A stretch of 63,968 bases of DNA, the filler included, from Octopus bimaculoides (Eukaryota), in NCBI RefSeq assembly GCF_001194135.2. It is 8 parts of 8 records of this genome, joined end to end, with 100 filler letters (N's around TTAATTAATTAA, not from the genome) between each part and the next. Parts side by side here need not be neighbours in the genome. Positions count along the whole stretch, not along the records: positions 28,814 to 38,708 come from NW_026335113.1; positions 38,809 to 42,266 come from NC_068982.1; positions 42,367 to 57,610 come from NC_068987.1; 5 more parts are not named here. One strand, given 5' to 3'. Positions 37,403 to 49,879 of this stretch are shown here, piece after piece (position 1 is the first letter of the stretch; every line of letters starts with the position of its first letter). Below the pieces are notes generated by a model, which searched no databases, was not told the origin of the DNA, and saw only the letters and a program-made list of their open reading frames with translations. Position numbers and translations under genes: made by a program.

Positions 37403-38360
37403 NNNNNNNNNNNNNNNNNNNNNNNNNNNNNNNNNNNNNNNNNNNNNNNNNNNNNNNNNNNNNNNNNNNNNNNNNNNNNNNNNNNNNNNNNNNNNNNNNN
37501 NNNNNNNNNNNNNNNNNNNNNNNNNNNNNNNNNNNNNNNNNNNNNNNNNNNNNNNNNNNNNNNNNNNNNNNNNNNNNNNNNNNNNNNNNNNNNNNNNNNN
37601 NNNNNNNNNNNNNNNNNNNNNNNNNNNNNNNNNNNNNNNNNNNNNNNNNNNNNNNNNNNNNNNNNNNNNNNNNNNNNNNNNNNNNNNNNNNNNNNNNNNN
37701 NNNNNNNNNNNNNNNNNNNNNNNNNNNNNNNNNNNNNNNNNNNNNNNNNNNNNNNNNNNNNNNNNNNNNNNNNNNNNNNNNNNNNNNNNNNNNNNNNNNN
37801 NNNNNNNNNNNNNNNNNNNNNNNNNNNNNNNNNNNNNNNNNNNNNNNNNNNNNNNNNNNNNNNNNNNNNNNNNNNNNNNNNNNNNNNNNNNNNNNNNNNN
37901 NNNNNNNNNNNNNNNNNNNNNNNNNNNNNNNNNNNNNNNNNNNNNNNNNNNNNNNNNNNNNNNNNNNNNNNNNNNNNNNNNNNNNNNNNNNNNNNNNNNN
38001 NNNNNNNNNNNNNNNNNNNNNNNNNNNNNNNNNNNNNNNNNNNNNNNNNNNNNNNNNNNNNNNNNNNNNNNNNNNNNNNNNNNNNNNNNNNNNNNNNNNN
38101 NNNNNNNNNNNNNNNNNNNNNNNNNNNNNNNNNNNNNNNNNNNNNNNNNNNNNNNNNNNNNNNNNNNNNNNNNNNNNNNNNNNNNNNNNNNNNNNNNNNN
38201 NNNNCATACATATATATACACATATATGTATGTATGAACGTGTATTTCTTACAATCTTAGTAAAACTCGGTCTTGAGCCTTCTCTAATCTATATCAAAGT
38301 TAATTAGAGATTAAGCGAAACGGCATACTAACACTAACATTAACAACAGCAATAACAATC

Positions 38361-38361
<1 letters not shown>

Positions 38362-38443
<82 letters not shown>
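38362..38443. repeat. (AAT)n microsatellite
   Basis: Direct inspection. Confidence 0.95.
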
Positions 38444-38446
<3 letters not shown>

Positions 38447-38808
38447 TGATTATGATGATGATTTAACACAGAAAAAGCAATGGAAATTCAAAACATACTG
38501 AAGAGAAAGAAAAAGCAGCAAAACCAATATAATTATTTTCGTGTGTTAAGATAAAACCAAAAAAATGCAGATGATAAAATGCCGTTGAGTCAATCGTGTA
38601 TATCTGCATTGCACGTATGTGCGCTCTATACGTATATGTCTATAAGTGTGTGTGTGTACGTATATATATGTGTGTGTATACGTATATATATATATATATA
38701 TATATATANNNNNNNNNNNNNNNNNNNNNNNNNNNNNNNNNNNNNNNNNNNNTTAATTAATTAANNNNNNNNNNNNNNNNNNNNNNNNNNNNNNNNNNNN
38801 NNNNNNNN

Positions 38809-39200
38809 AAACTGAGCAAATATAAAGATCTTGAAATAGAGATTAGAAAAATGTGGAATCTGAAGACTAAAACAATACCTATTGTCATAGGAGCCCTGGG
38901 AATGACAGCGAAACGGGCTGATTACTACCTAGCTCAGATACCAGGAAACCCCAAAATGGCTGAAGTTCAAAAGATAGTGCTCATGGGAACTGCCCATATC
39001 CTACGTAAAATACTGTCTATGTGATCTCAAATTTTAAAACATTCTCTAGAATAACACTATGTACAAATCGAAATATATGGTACCCTAGGCATAACACCTA
39101 CATGAACTTCTAACTTGTTGTCTCTTGAGGTCTCTGGGTGAGACTTGGATCCAACTTGTACAAATGCAAAGCAAAAGTCAAACATAAAATAATAATAATA
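38809..39200 (+). mobile_element. R4/Dong-clade LINE 3' end with (TAA)n tail
   Basis: KLSKYKDLEIEIRKMWNLKTKTIPIVIGALG...VQKIVLMGTAHILRKILSM* (stop 39022-39024), then a ~160-bp UTR ending AAATAATAATAATA. Confidence 0.9.
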
Positions 39201-39204
39201 AAAG

Positions 39205-39985
39205 AAGGGGCTATAGAATGTTACTTTGGGTAGAAAAAGGTAAGTTTAAAATGACTGAGTAAAGATTAGTAGATCAAGCTAATGCTATTCAGAGAAGAAA
39301 ATGGATGACAGAATTGGAGGTAGAAGAGATCACAAGAGAACTAGAAAAGAAAAATCTGGTAGTAGGAAAGATAAACAACAACATAAGAGATACAGATCAA
39401 ACCAAAGAAGAACCTAAAGGAAAAGGTATTAATAGCGCTACCAATAAGGAAGGGACAAATGGGCACCAGCGACTTAAGTGATTTACGTGAGGAAGATCAG
39501 AAGATTTTAGATGAGTTGCAGGAAATAATGAGTAAAGAAATAAGAAAAAGATTGCCAGTATTAAAAGGCACCAATAGAAGGAAGCTGCTAGAAATGACTA
39601 GGAAAGTAGATTCTGTTATCGATAGGATAGATACTAAGAATATAGGAGATACTAACTTATTGATCTATGCAGGAGGGGTAGTAGTCACTAGAAGATTAGA
39701 TATCTCACAAGGAAACATTAAAAAAGAACAAATATAGAAAAGGAGACTACAAAATAGAGTGAAGACTTTAAGACAAGATCTGAGAAGAATAGAAGCCTGG
39801 AGACTGAACAAGTTAGGAAACACAAAACGCAAATCTTCCCTTGAGAAAAGATATTTAGTTAAAGAGAAAGGATTTGAGACAATAGTAGAAGAGTTGAAAC
39901 AGTGTATCATAGCAGTAGTAGGCAAGCTCTCCAGATATCAGAAAAGAATAGTTCAGTATCAACAGAATAGATTATTACATACCTA
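39205..39985 (+). mobile_element. R4/Dong-clade LINE N-terminal ORF fragment, with stops
   Basis: RLVDQANAIQRRKW...RKRLPVLK...TNLLIYAGGVVV...RRLQNRVKTLRQDLRRIE...EELKQCIIAVVGKLSRYQKRIVQYQQNRL. Confidence 0.8.
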
Positions 39986-40250
39986 TAGCTTTCGAACACA
40001 CAAACGATCAGCATTAAAAAGACCCTCATATCTACAACTTCCGTGAATACCTATCCTTTTCTTTCTCCCTGAGTATTCGAAAATGTAAACATCCTCTACA
40101 TTGCAAAACTGTATTCTCCAACTGGACGGACAAACGAATATCTCAAGAAAACTTAAAAACTTTAATACATTACCCAAATACGTAAACATACACTGCATTG
40201 CAACAACACAATTGAATTCAGAAATTCAAAAATTCAACGATGTGAATATC

Positions 40251-40327
<77 letters not shown>

Positions 40328-40862
40328 TATCAGTGATTACAAATAGAACAGGTTGAATTGCTTCTTTTCAAGGCCAAAAGGCAGCGCTCTCAGTGGTCAC
40401 TCGTAGTAGTAAACACATTTGACCTCTGCTGACCCAATTTATTCGTAAACCTGTAGTATTTGATCTTTTCACCAAGCTGCTACCCAATTATTTCCTTCAA
40501 TAACCACATATTTATGATTATCTCAAGGACAAGACAAAAGTTGAAAATAAAGAACATTTATTAAATTTTTTTCATAATAAATGGAAATAGTAATAAGGAT
40601 AATAACAATGGTAGTGGTGGTGGTGATGGTGATAATGATTAAAATAAAAATAATGATAATATGCTGCAGCTGTTAATACTACAACTACTACTGCTCTGAT
40701 AGCACAGGAATCTGAGGCCCAACTACCACCCTTACCACTACCTCCACCCCTGCTACTGTTGCTGTTGCTACCACCACTGCTGCAACTACGCATAAAAGCA
40801 ATAACTTCAGTGATATCAGTGATGATATTAATAATAATAGTAATAATAATAATAATAATAAT

Positions 40863-40952
<90 letters not shown>

Positions 40953-40955
<3 letters not shown>

Positions 40956-41375
40956 GAAACGAAACGGGTGGAGCCTCCCCATAGCCTGATTAATGATACA
41001 TTTAGTGATGGTGTCACAATAAAAACACTGGTAATTGCGCTACCTCATATGAATGACAATGAAAACACAAAATATTGTGAATAACGGTGGTAATGAAACT
41101 GAAGCCAATGATGTTGGCAGTTTTGCACCCAGAAGGCTCAGAGATTCTGGTCCGGCTCCAGCCTGTCGATATCCAGAAAAAGACCAGCACACACGGCGTA
41201 GATGGAGCAAGCAAATTAATGCTGTGGTCATGGAGTGTTACTACCTGAGCAAACCGGTAGATGAAAATGGTGCTCAAATTAGGGGTAACCGACAACGTAT
41301 GTATGATCATTGGAGAGAAAAGGGATTGTATCAACTCACAGAACATAGACTATGTGATCAAGCTAGAGCAATAAA
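40953..41375 (+). mobile_element. R4/Dong-clade LINE 5' end fragment
   Basis: RRRWSKQINAVVMECYYLSKP...RGNRQRMYDHW...TEHRLCDQARAIKK. Directly flanked by (AAT)n upstream and (TAT)/(CAT)n downstream. Confidence 0.8.
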
Positions 41376-41390
41376 AAAATCGTTCGATTA

Positions 41391-41457
<67 letters not shown>

Positions 41458-41465
41458 TATTATTA

Positions 41466-41507
<42 letters not shown>

Positions 41508-41519
41508 GAGGATATTATT

Positions 41520-42250
41520 GTTTAGAACAATATCAGTGGCTTAGCATGCGTAAAAAACCTATAATGGTAAAAAAAAAACTATCAATAAATAATTAAGGTT
41601 ACTAAGAAGCAGTACCGGCATATTAAATATAGCAGTCAAAATGACCAAGCCACAATTTTTTTCTTAAACACAAAGGTGAAAGCGGGCAAATGAATAAAAA
41701 TCCTAAAACCCCGTACCAATAGAAATAATCGAAAGTTGAAAGAGCCAGACATACTCGGATCACTGTGATTTCGAACTTTGAGAAAAACTCTTAGTTTGTC
41801 TTCAGTGAGGCTTACTGACCCCAGGTTTATGTAGATTATTCATCTCACCAATATGTAAGATGACCGTTTTTATTGCCGCAGCAAATTTTAAAAAGTGGTC
41901 GAAGTAAATAAAATCGATTTAAATATATATGAGTATATTATTGGTTATAATAAGATCAGCGGATTAGCATGCGTAAAAATCCCATAACGGTAAAAATAAT
42001 TATCAGTTAATAATTAAGGGTACAAACAAGCAGTACCAGCATGCTAAATATAGCAGTCAAAATTACCAAACCACAAATTTTCTTTTAAACACGAAGGTGA
42101 TTATTTTCGTCATTGGTACGGGGTTTTAGGATTTTTATAAATTTGCCCGGTTTTGCCTTTGGGTTTAAGTGAAAATTTATGGTTTGGTCACTTTGGTTGT
42201 TATATTTAGCATGCTGGTACTGCTTGTTAGTACCCTTAATTATTAACATA
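41520..42250. repeat. Direct-direct-inverted triple of a ~150-200-bp unit
   Basis: The unit AATAATTAAGG..ACTAA.AAGCAGTACC.GCAT..TAAATATAGCAGTCAAAAT occurs at ~41590 (+) and ~42008 (+), and its reverse complement at ~42105-42248. Confidence 0.85.
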
Positions 42251-43304
42251 TATATATATATATATANNNNNNNNNNNNNNNNNNNNNNNNNNNNNNNNNN
42301 NNNNNNNNNNTTAATTAATTAANNNNNNNNNNNNNNNNNNNNNNNNNNNNNNNNNNNNNNNNNNNNGTAGAGATGGTGGTGGTGGTAGAGATGGTGGTGG
42401 TGGTAGAGATGGTGGTGGTGGTGGTAGAGATGGTGGTGGTGGTGCTGATGCTGCTGCTACCAGTGTGACTGCCGGTGATGCTGTTGCTGCATGCACATTC
42501 ATGATAGATCGCATCCATAAACGTGTCACACGTTAGACTGGCATAAAGTTACAGACATCCTTCTGCATCTGATGCTTCTATCTCCATTTTCTACTTCTGC
42601 TACAATAGTCTTTTCTCTTCAGAGCTAACTGGGTTCATTCCGGCTCCTCTCTGGTATATCCGTCCCACTCGTCTCTCATCCTTCCGTCATGTTTTTATGT
42701 CCAATCTTTTCCGAGGCCCTACACTAATCATTATGCCCAGTCCTTCCTTCACAGATCGTCGGCCCTCAAGAGCTAATTTCCAGCGTATTCGTCCGTCTCA
42801 TATATATTAATCTGAAATGGTTCAAGAGGACCATTAATATCATCAGTCTAAACCTATAATTGCGTGAGATCCTTTCTCCTCACGCAACAAGTAAAAGCAA
42901 TGTTCTCTTTATATTATCACCATCATTCTCAATACTAGCACGATCTCGACCACCACTACGGTCTTTGTCCACATAAATCATTTATCTGACCGAAACTATC
43001 ATTATTACCACCAATGACATCATCAGTGTGGATATAGTTTTCTTTATTTTTCAATATTTATTTGAATTATCAATTTTCAGTCTTCGACAAAAATAATGCA
43101 AAGGAGAACAAGACAGTTTTCGGGCTCTCTTGGAGGACGCGCATCTCAAAAATAATGCTTGAAGGCTCAAATGGACATTAAATCTTTATTTAAGTGTTGC
43201 ACAATACGAATTTGTTAATGTTCTAGTTTCTCTTTCTTATTCATAAAATAAAGTTAAGACGAAATATGAACAAAGACGTCTTTTGATGTATGATTATGAA
43301 TGTA

Positions 43305-43472
43305 CGGCGTAGGAGTGGCTGTGTGGTAAGTAGCTTGCTTACCAACCACATGGTCGCGGGTTCATTCCCACTGCGTGGCACCTTGGGCAAGTGTCTTCTA
43401 CCATAGCCTCGGGCCGACCAAAGCCTTGTGAGTGGATTTGGTAGACGGAAACTGAAAGAAGCCTGTCGTATC

Positions 43473-43553
<81 letters not shown>

Positions 43554-43725
43554 GTGTGTGTATGTGATGGTGGCGTGTTTAGGTCCCCGTAACTTAGCGG
43601 TTCGGCAAAAAAGATCGATAGAATAAGTACTAGGCTTACAAAGAATAAGTCCTGGGGTCGATTTTCTCGACTAAAGGCGGTGCTCCAGCATGGCCGCAGT
43701 CAAATGACTGAAACAAGTAAAAGAG
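43305..43725 (+). mobile_element. SINE family A, full length, internal (TA)n expansion
   Basis: tRNA-like head with A/B-box-like motifs, CORE-like CCTTGGGCAAGT segment, tail GGTGCTCCAGCATGGCCGCAGTCAAATGACTGAAACAAGTAAAAGAG. Confidence 0.93.
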
Positions 43726-44099
43726 AGAAAGAGAAAGAGAGTACGATTAAACATAATTGAAAACCTGAAGTTAAATGAGAATGATTCCGAGTCAACTTTC
43801 ACTGTTGCTTTATTTTCTATGGGCGAAAATGCCCGAATAAAAAATTACGTTATACAAAGGAACACTAAGTTAATAAACTTGCCTGAGTTTTTATCTAACT
43901 CTATTAGAATCAATTTCCTTAATAATATTCAGTCTTGCCAAATGAGCAAGTTCTGCTTGAGACTTGGTACTCTATGAGAATGCTTTTTTTTTTATCTGTA
44001 TGGATTTTATAAATGACCTTTATTCTCGTGACACTATATCCAGAATTATTAACAATATTCTTAAGCTAACACAAACACCAGAAAATATCTTATAATATT

Positions 44100-44650
44100 T
44101 TGTAGTTAGTTAATAATATTAAGCAATTCTAAGGGCTTCATAGTTTGTCTTATATCCTGGTGGTAAATGCTGCATTTCTGTTTCAAAATCACCGCTAAAT
44201 GATATTAATAATTCCTTTTTATTTCTAAGATACTAGGATATTTTCATAAGATATCAAAATTTCCAACCAACTTCTTAACAATATTAAAACAATAATATTT
44301 TCAATCAGTAATTTCGCTTCTTTTGGCGAATCCTCTATGTCAGTCTGTTCCACCAAGTTTAGTAACAGATGTTATGCCCCCGCGCACCCTTTCTCTTTGT
44401 AGTTACGCATCCACATCCATGAGAGATTTTAATTTCCCTCTCAAGATCTAACGACATTTCTTTAGTTTTTTTCCCGGATGTTTTGTTTTTTCCAGGTGAT
44501 CCATAATACTCGTAAAGAATATTTTACACATTTCATGTTCATAGATCCATATTCATTTTCTTCATTTTCATTTCTATCATCGACCTCTTTTATATTTCTC
44601 ATCAAATTTCTAAGGTAGTGTGCTTTGATTACTCTCTTTCCCTCCATCCA

Positions 44651-44721
<71 letters not shown>

Positions 44722-45800
44722 TTAATTTACCTCAAGTAATATCGATGCATTTCTCTGGTTTTGGCACTACAGAAAAGATCTAAGGAATCTTTTCTTTAAT
44801 AAAATATGGTTTCTTTTTGAGAGGTGATGCTTTTTCTTCTTGTTTCTACTTTCCACATTGTTTTTTATAGTGCAAAGTTTCAAAACTCTTCTAGGTTTTC
44901 AAATACTTTACTACGGTTGAAATTGGAAGCTTAAAAACATGCATTTACAGACGAAAAATATATTCAACAAAGATTATATTCAACAAGGAAAAGGAAAATA
45001 CAATTTAATGATTTCATCTTGAAGCATATCATCTAGAACACGTTCCATATAATTATTTTCCTTTTCAATAATTGACATAAAGTACGCTTTCAGATCCTCC
45101 CATTGCTGCAGAATTATCTCTATGCGTTTCTCGAGTGTGCCTGGGCTGACAATGTTTAGTAGCATGTACTTCGAGCAATTATTACTGAATAAATTATCTT
45201 GTAATAATTTCTACGAAGGGCGCTAAGGCTAAGCCAATTTGCAGTTTCTGATATAAAGCAAGTTCAATTAGAAACCAAGCAAGTTAACGCCTTTTGGCAG
45301 CATAAAGCTAAATGTTAGCCTCTACATTTAACAGATGTAATATTTATTTGAGTTCATGTTCCTGAATCTCATAGGTACTGAATTATGTTATCCATCAAAA
45401 TTACTTGCGCTATCTATCCCAAATTTAATGCAAGTAACTTAATCTGAGATAGTATTGAAATTCAAACTGCATCGTCAAAGAGTTATTTGATAACACCAAA
45501 GACTTCTAAATGCACTTTAAATTCGTTTCATGTGTCAAAATTTTCGTTGCACAAAGGCGACCTGGTCACTTACACAGTGTTACTGCAACTACTATAAAAA
45601 TACTGTTTAATTGTTTAAAGAAAACTTCAGTTGTATTATAATGATTTTTACCACATTATGACGATTTTTACTACACATTCGTAAATTTTTGTGCTTATCG
45701 GAAAACTCCCTCAGTTTCAAAGATATTTGTTTTATGATGCTTACGGCCCACTTCTGATGCAAAACTTGAGCAATGACGTTCTTGAATAGGCTCATGCATT
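44100..45800 (-). pseudogene. Decayed hAT-superfamily transposase
   Basis: DSASNFDG*HNSV (cf. DGAxxMxGxHNSV, 45375-45415) and LLNIVSPGTLEKRIEIILQQWEDLKAYF...LQDEIIKLYF (cf. TRWLSLE...RILxQWxxLKxYF...KLYF). Many stops and frameshifts; boundaries approximate; no TIRs found. Confidence 0.6.
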
Positions 45801-46539
45801 TTGTTCGAGATCATTAACTTTTTAATGTACACTCCACTAAGTGTAACTTGTGATTGGAGCAATTTGGTAATCTACTGATGGCATACTTCGGTGACATGCT
45901 CCATCAATTATATTTAATTTTAAAATGCCAGCTTCTCAATTTTGTGCGCTAGCCTTTGGAAATATATTCAAAATTTGATTTGAATTTACACACCTAGTGG
46001 CATTCTTTTAACGTTATATTGATTTCTTTTGATCAATTAGAGCTGATTTATGCATATTTGTTATTACACAGTTACATCAGTTGCATATCACATTATTATT
46101 CTTCCCTACAGCCACATGAACAGAGTCTTCTAATCATTCTTATAATATATTCCATCATTATAAATCCATTTTCCTATTATGACGGGATTTTAATAAGATT
46201 AGGTAAAAGCTTCAATGAGACAACACAATTTACTGAACACCAATAAGTTAGGTTTTTTTATAAATTCAAATAAATATAATAAACTCTACAAAATATCCTT
46301 TTCAAATTTTTAACTCAATTAGGCCGCAATTTAAATCTGGTAGAACTAATTTTATGTCAAAGTATAAATGAAGGTAATGTATTTTGTTAATTAAAACCTT
46401 CAACGTTATGTACAGTGGATTATCGCTAAAATTAGTACAAATATTGTTGCATCGATATAGATAGCAACAACAACTATGAAATTCTTTAATTTGATAAAAG
46501 ATAAAAACAAAGCCTTCCGAGAGACGTTCAAAATGCATT

Positions 46540-46919
46540 TGTAGCGAGTATGTGCCAGCAAACGGTTATGTCCCTTGACAAAGACAAGTGAGTTGGCTCT
46601 TCTTGTCTGCCAGATGGTGCTATAAATTGAGAGGTTGACCGAAAACTTCAGTCAGTCAGTCAGTCAGTCAGTCAGCAGAAGACCTCGACGCCACGACCGT
46701 CAGCGAACAAATCTCTACGACCATCGGCGAATAAAACTCTGTTCCAGTCAGTTGCATACACCAGTCAGTAAATATGTTAACGCCCACTTCGCCATCTTGT
46801 ATCTTCTACGTATTTACGTAACCCCCTTTTCTGTGATGAACTAATATGGAGTTTGCAACTCCATACATTCTGGAACGTATTTACAATACGGTTTACCAAG
46901 ATAAACGCAACCAACTACA
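46540..46919 (+). mobile_element. Solo LTR (380 bp)
   Basis: TGTAG...CTACA termini; flanks GCATT / GCATA (5-bp TSD with one mismatch); TATA-like CTATAAAT at ~46620; AATAAA at ~46729 and GATAAA just before the end. Confidence 0.7.
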
Positions 46920-47855
46920 GCATATAAATCATGGACACTTTTTTATTATCAACGTTCTACAAGAACTTTTCTTGCTCACGAAACGTTTGAGTAGCTCCCG
47001 TTTAAATAAATGCTATTATTCTGTATATGTTTTATAAATAAACAACTCTAATTTTACCAAGTTGTTAGATGATAGGTTAGATTAGTTTATTTATGAAAAT
47101 ATACAAAATATTGATAAAACAATTACATTTCCCTATATTAGCAGTGTTAGTGGTTATTGCCTACATCTGAGCGTATGGTGTGCCAAACGCACTAATACCT
47201 ACTCTGATATATTTTATCCTACTTGTTTCTGTTCAATAGATTCTAAGCTATAATTAGGTAGCAAAATAATTCTCTAATTATAGTAGTAGCAGGACAAGTA
47301 ATGTAAATCTAAGAAGAGAAATTTCACTAGCAATATTATCACGTTGTTTAATGAATCATACACTCTGACTAACGATGTGTTAAAACGGTCCATCTTATTC
47401 TTTATTCATAATGAAAAATTTACTTTAACAAAATCACCTTTTTCTTCAAAAAATAGAAAATACATCTTTTAGAAATTGAAAATCATGCATGAAATTTAAA
47501 TGCACTAATTTTGCGTCTTAAACAATGCAGAGACTTATTTAGAAAATTCCGGCTGTTTTTATCATAAAACGCTTTTATAATCAGATCATATATGATTTGA
47601 ATGTATAGTTTTACCTTGAGCCGAAAGTAAACGAATAACTAAAAATAAATACAAAACAAAAAGCAAAGTATAGTTTTCTGAATAGTGATCATATACATAG
47701 CATTTTCTTTTCGATACATCTTTCAGAATCAGTAGAGCGGGTCTTAATCGGGACATAACGTGAACAATTTTCGATGCCCAACTGGTAATATTTTAATCAA
47801 GCAATAGTGTTAAATGTAGACAGAATGTCCCAAATAATATACATACATTCATACA

Positions 47856-47889
<34 letters not shown>

Positions 47890-48472
47890 CATACATACAT
47901 ATATACATATATANNNNNNNNNNNNNNNNNNNNNNNNNNNNNNNNNNNNNNNNNNNNNNNNNNNNNNNNNNNNNNNNNNNNNNNNNNNNNNNNNNNNNNN
48001 NNNNNNNNNNNNNNNNNNNNNNNNNNNNNNNNNNNNNNNNNNNNNNNNNNNNNNNNNNNNNNNNNNNNNNNNNNNNNNNNNNNNNNNNNNNNNNNNNNNN
48101 NNNNNNNNNNNNNNNNNNNNNNNNNNNNNNNNNNNNNNNNNNNNNNNNNNNNNNNNNNNNNNNNNNNNNNNNNNNNNNNNNNNNNNNNNNNNNNNNNNNN
48201 NNNNNNNNNNNNNNNNNNNNNNNNNNNNNNNNNNNNNNNNNNNNNNNNNNNNNNNNNNNNNNNNNNNNNNNNNNNNNNNNNNNNNNNNNNNNNNNNNNNN
48301 NNNNNNNNNNNNNNNNNNNNNNNNNNNNNNNNNNNNNNNNNNNNNNNNNNNNNNNNNNNNNNNNNNNNNNNNNNNNNNNNNNNNNNNNNNNNNNNNNNNN
48401 NNNNNNNNNNNNNNNNNNNATATATATATATATATATATATATATACTTAATTAAAAAGCACCAAAATATTA

Positions 48473-48521
48473 CAAAAACTGTTACTCAGAGATTCACGTT
48501 CCCGTTCGTCGGAGAGATTTG
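48473..48521 (-). ncRNA. Degenerate minimal type I hammerhead ribozyme motif
   Basis: Minus strand CAAATCTCT-CCGACGA-ACG-GGAA-CGT-GAAT-CTC-T-GAG-TA-ACAGTTTTTG. Stem II ACG/CGT, short stem III CTC/GAG, GTA triplet, stem I 6/8 paired. The core has U4C and A15.1U departures. Confidence 0.5.
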
Positions 48522-49879
48522 TTTAGAATGGAACAATAATAAGGTTATATGCATAAATATACAATTAGTTTGATAGATATACAATTCAAAATGGTTTTGT
48601 TTCATTGGTGCTTTCAGCTAGCGGTCTTTTCAATAAGCGGTTGCATGCAATAACAAACTGCGCTTTAAAATGATATTACTATAAAAATTGGAGAAAATCT
48701 TAAATCATAAATAGTTTATAAAGAAGAAAATGACCTGAATACACAGTGTAAATAATTAGCTGTAAAATATTAATAAATTGATAAATTAAAGGATATATTC
48801 GTTTTAAAAGAATTCACGCTTGATTACATTTATATTTTGCAGTATATACACATACCGGGCAATCTGTAATACACTTATATACACTAAACATACAGACGCA
48901 GATACATGGCTATATACATATACAGACATATATAGGCAAGACATCAATATATACAAATGCATATATATGCATGCATACACACGCACGCACGCGCACAAGA
49001 TCTCCTGGCGTATGCTTATACAAGTTAGTTGTTACAGGTGAAAGAAAGAAAAGGGAAAAAAACAGATAATAATAAGTAGGGAGGGGGAGAAAGAAAAACA
49101 GTGGAAAAGAAGAAAAAGAAATAAAAAAGAGAAACTGAAAATTAGAGAGAGAAAGGGAAAATAGATAGAGGTAGAGAGTGTGAATTGATGGCGTTCGAAC
49201 AGTTTCTAAGGAAGGTTAGATACTTCGTTTAGCTTGCGAAACGAGCACATAAAAACGCACACGTAAAATTACATGTATATCTACATAAATACAAACATAC
49301 ATACAAATACACACACTTATAGATACGCATACAAATATACAAAAATATGTATGCAAATACATGCCAACATATATAAAAGCATATACACATATACATACAC
49401 ACATACATATATATATATGTATATAAATATTAACATATATATATATATATATATGCAAATATTTATATACATATATATACACATACACATGTATATACGC
49501 ACAAACATACATACACTTACCTACAATACATACATAAAAAGAAATATATACAGACATATCTTCACATCAAGATAAATATATGCATCATAACGTATTTATG
49601 CAAACAATTTTAAAAAATACTGTCTGGTGTATATAATATTAAAATGTTAAAATAAGAAAATTGTGCATTAATTTTATGTAACATAATTAAATGCATGAGT
49701 AAACAATAAAAATAAACCTCGGTGAAGCTTAAGCTTAAATTTGTAAAACAGTCGAAGGCTTTCTTAAAATGAAGTCGAAATATGCACTAGCATTGTAATA
49801 CAAAATAACTACAACAGGTAAACTCAAATTCAAATGCGACAGTCAAAATTTTACGAAAGTCAAAACATTTTGCCCATAC

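Noticed and set aside
43305-43400. SINE heads as functional tRNA genes
   Set aside because: They have A/B-box-like motifs but no cloverleaf, and they continue into multicopy SINE bodies.
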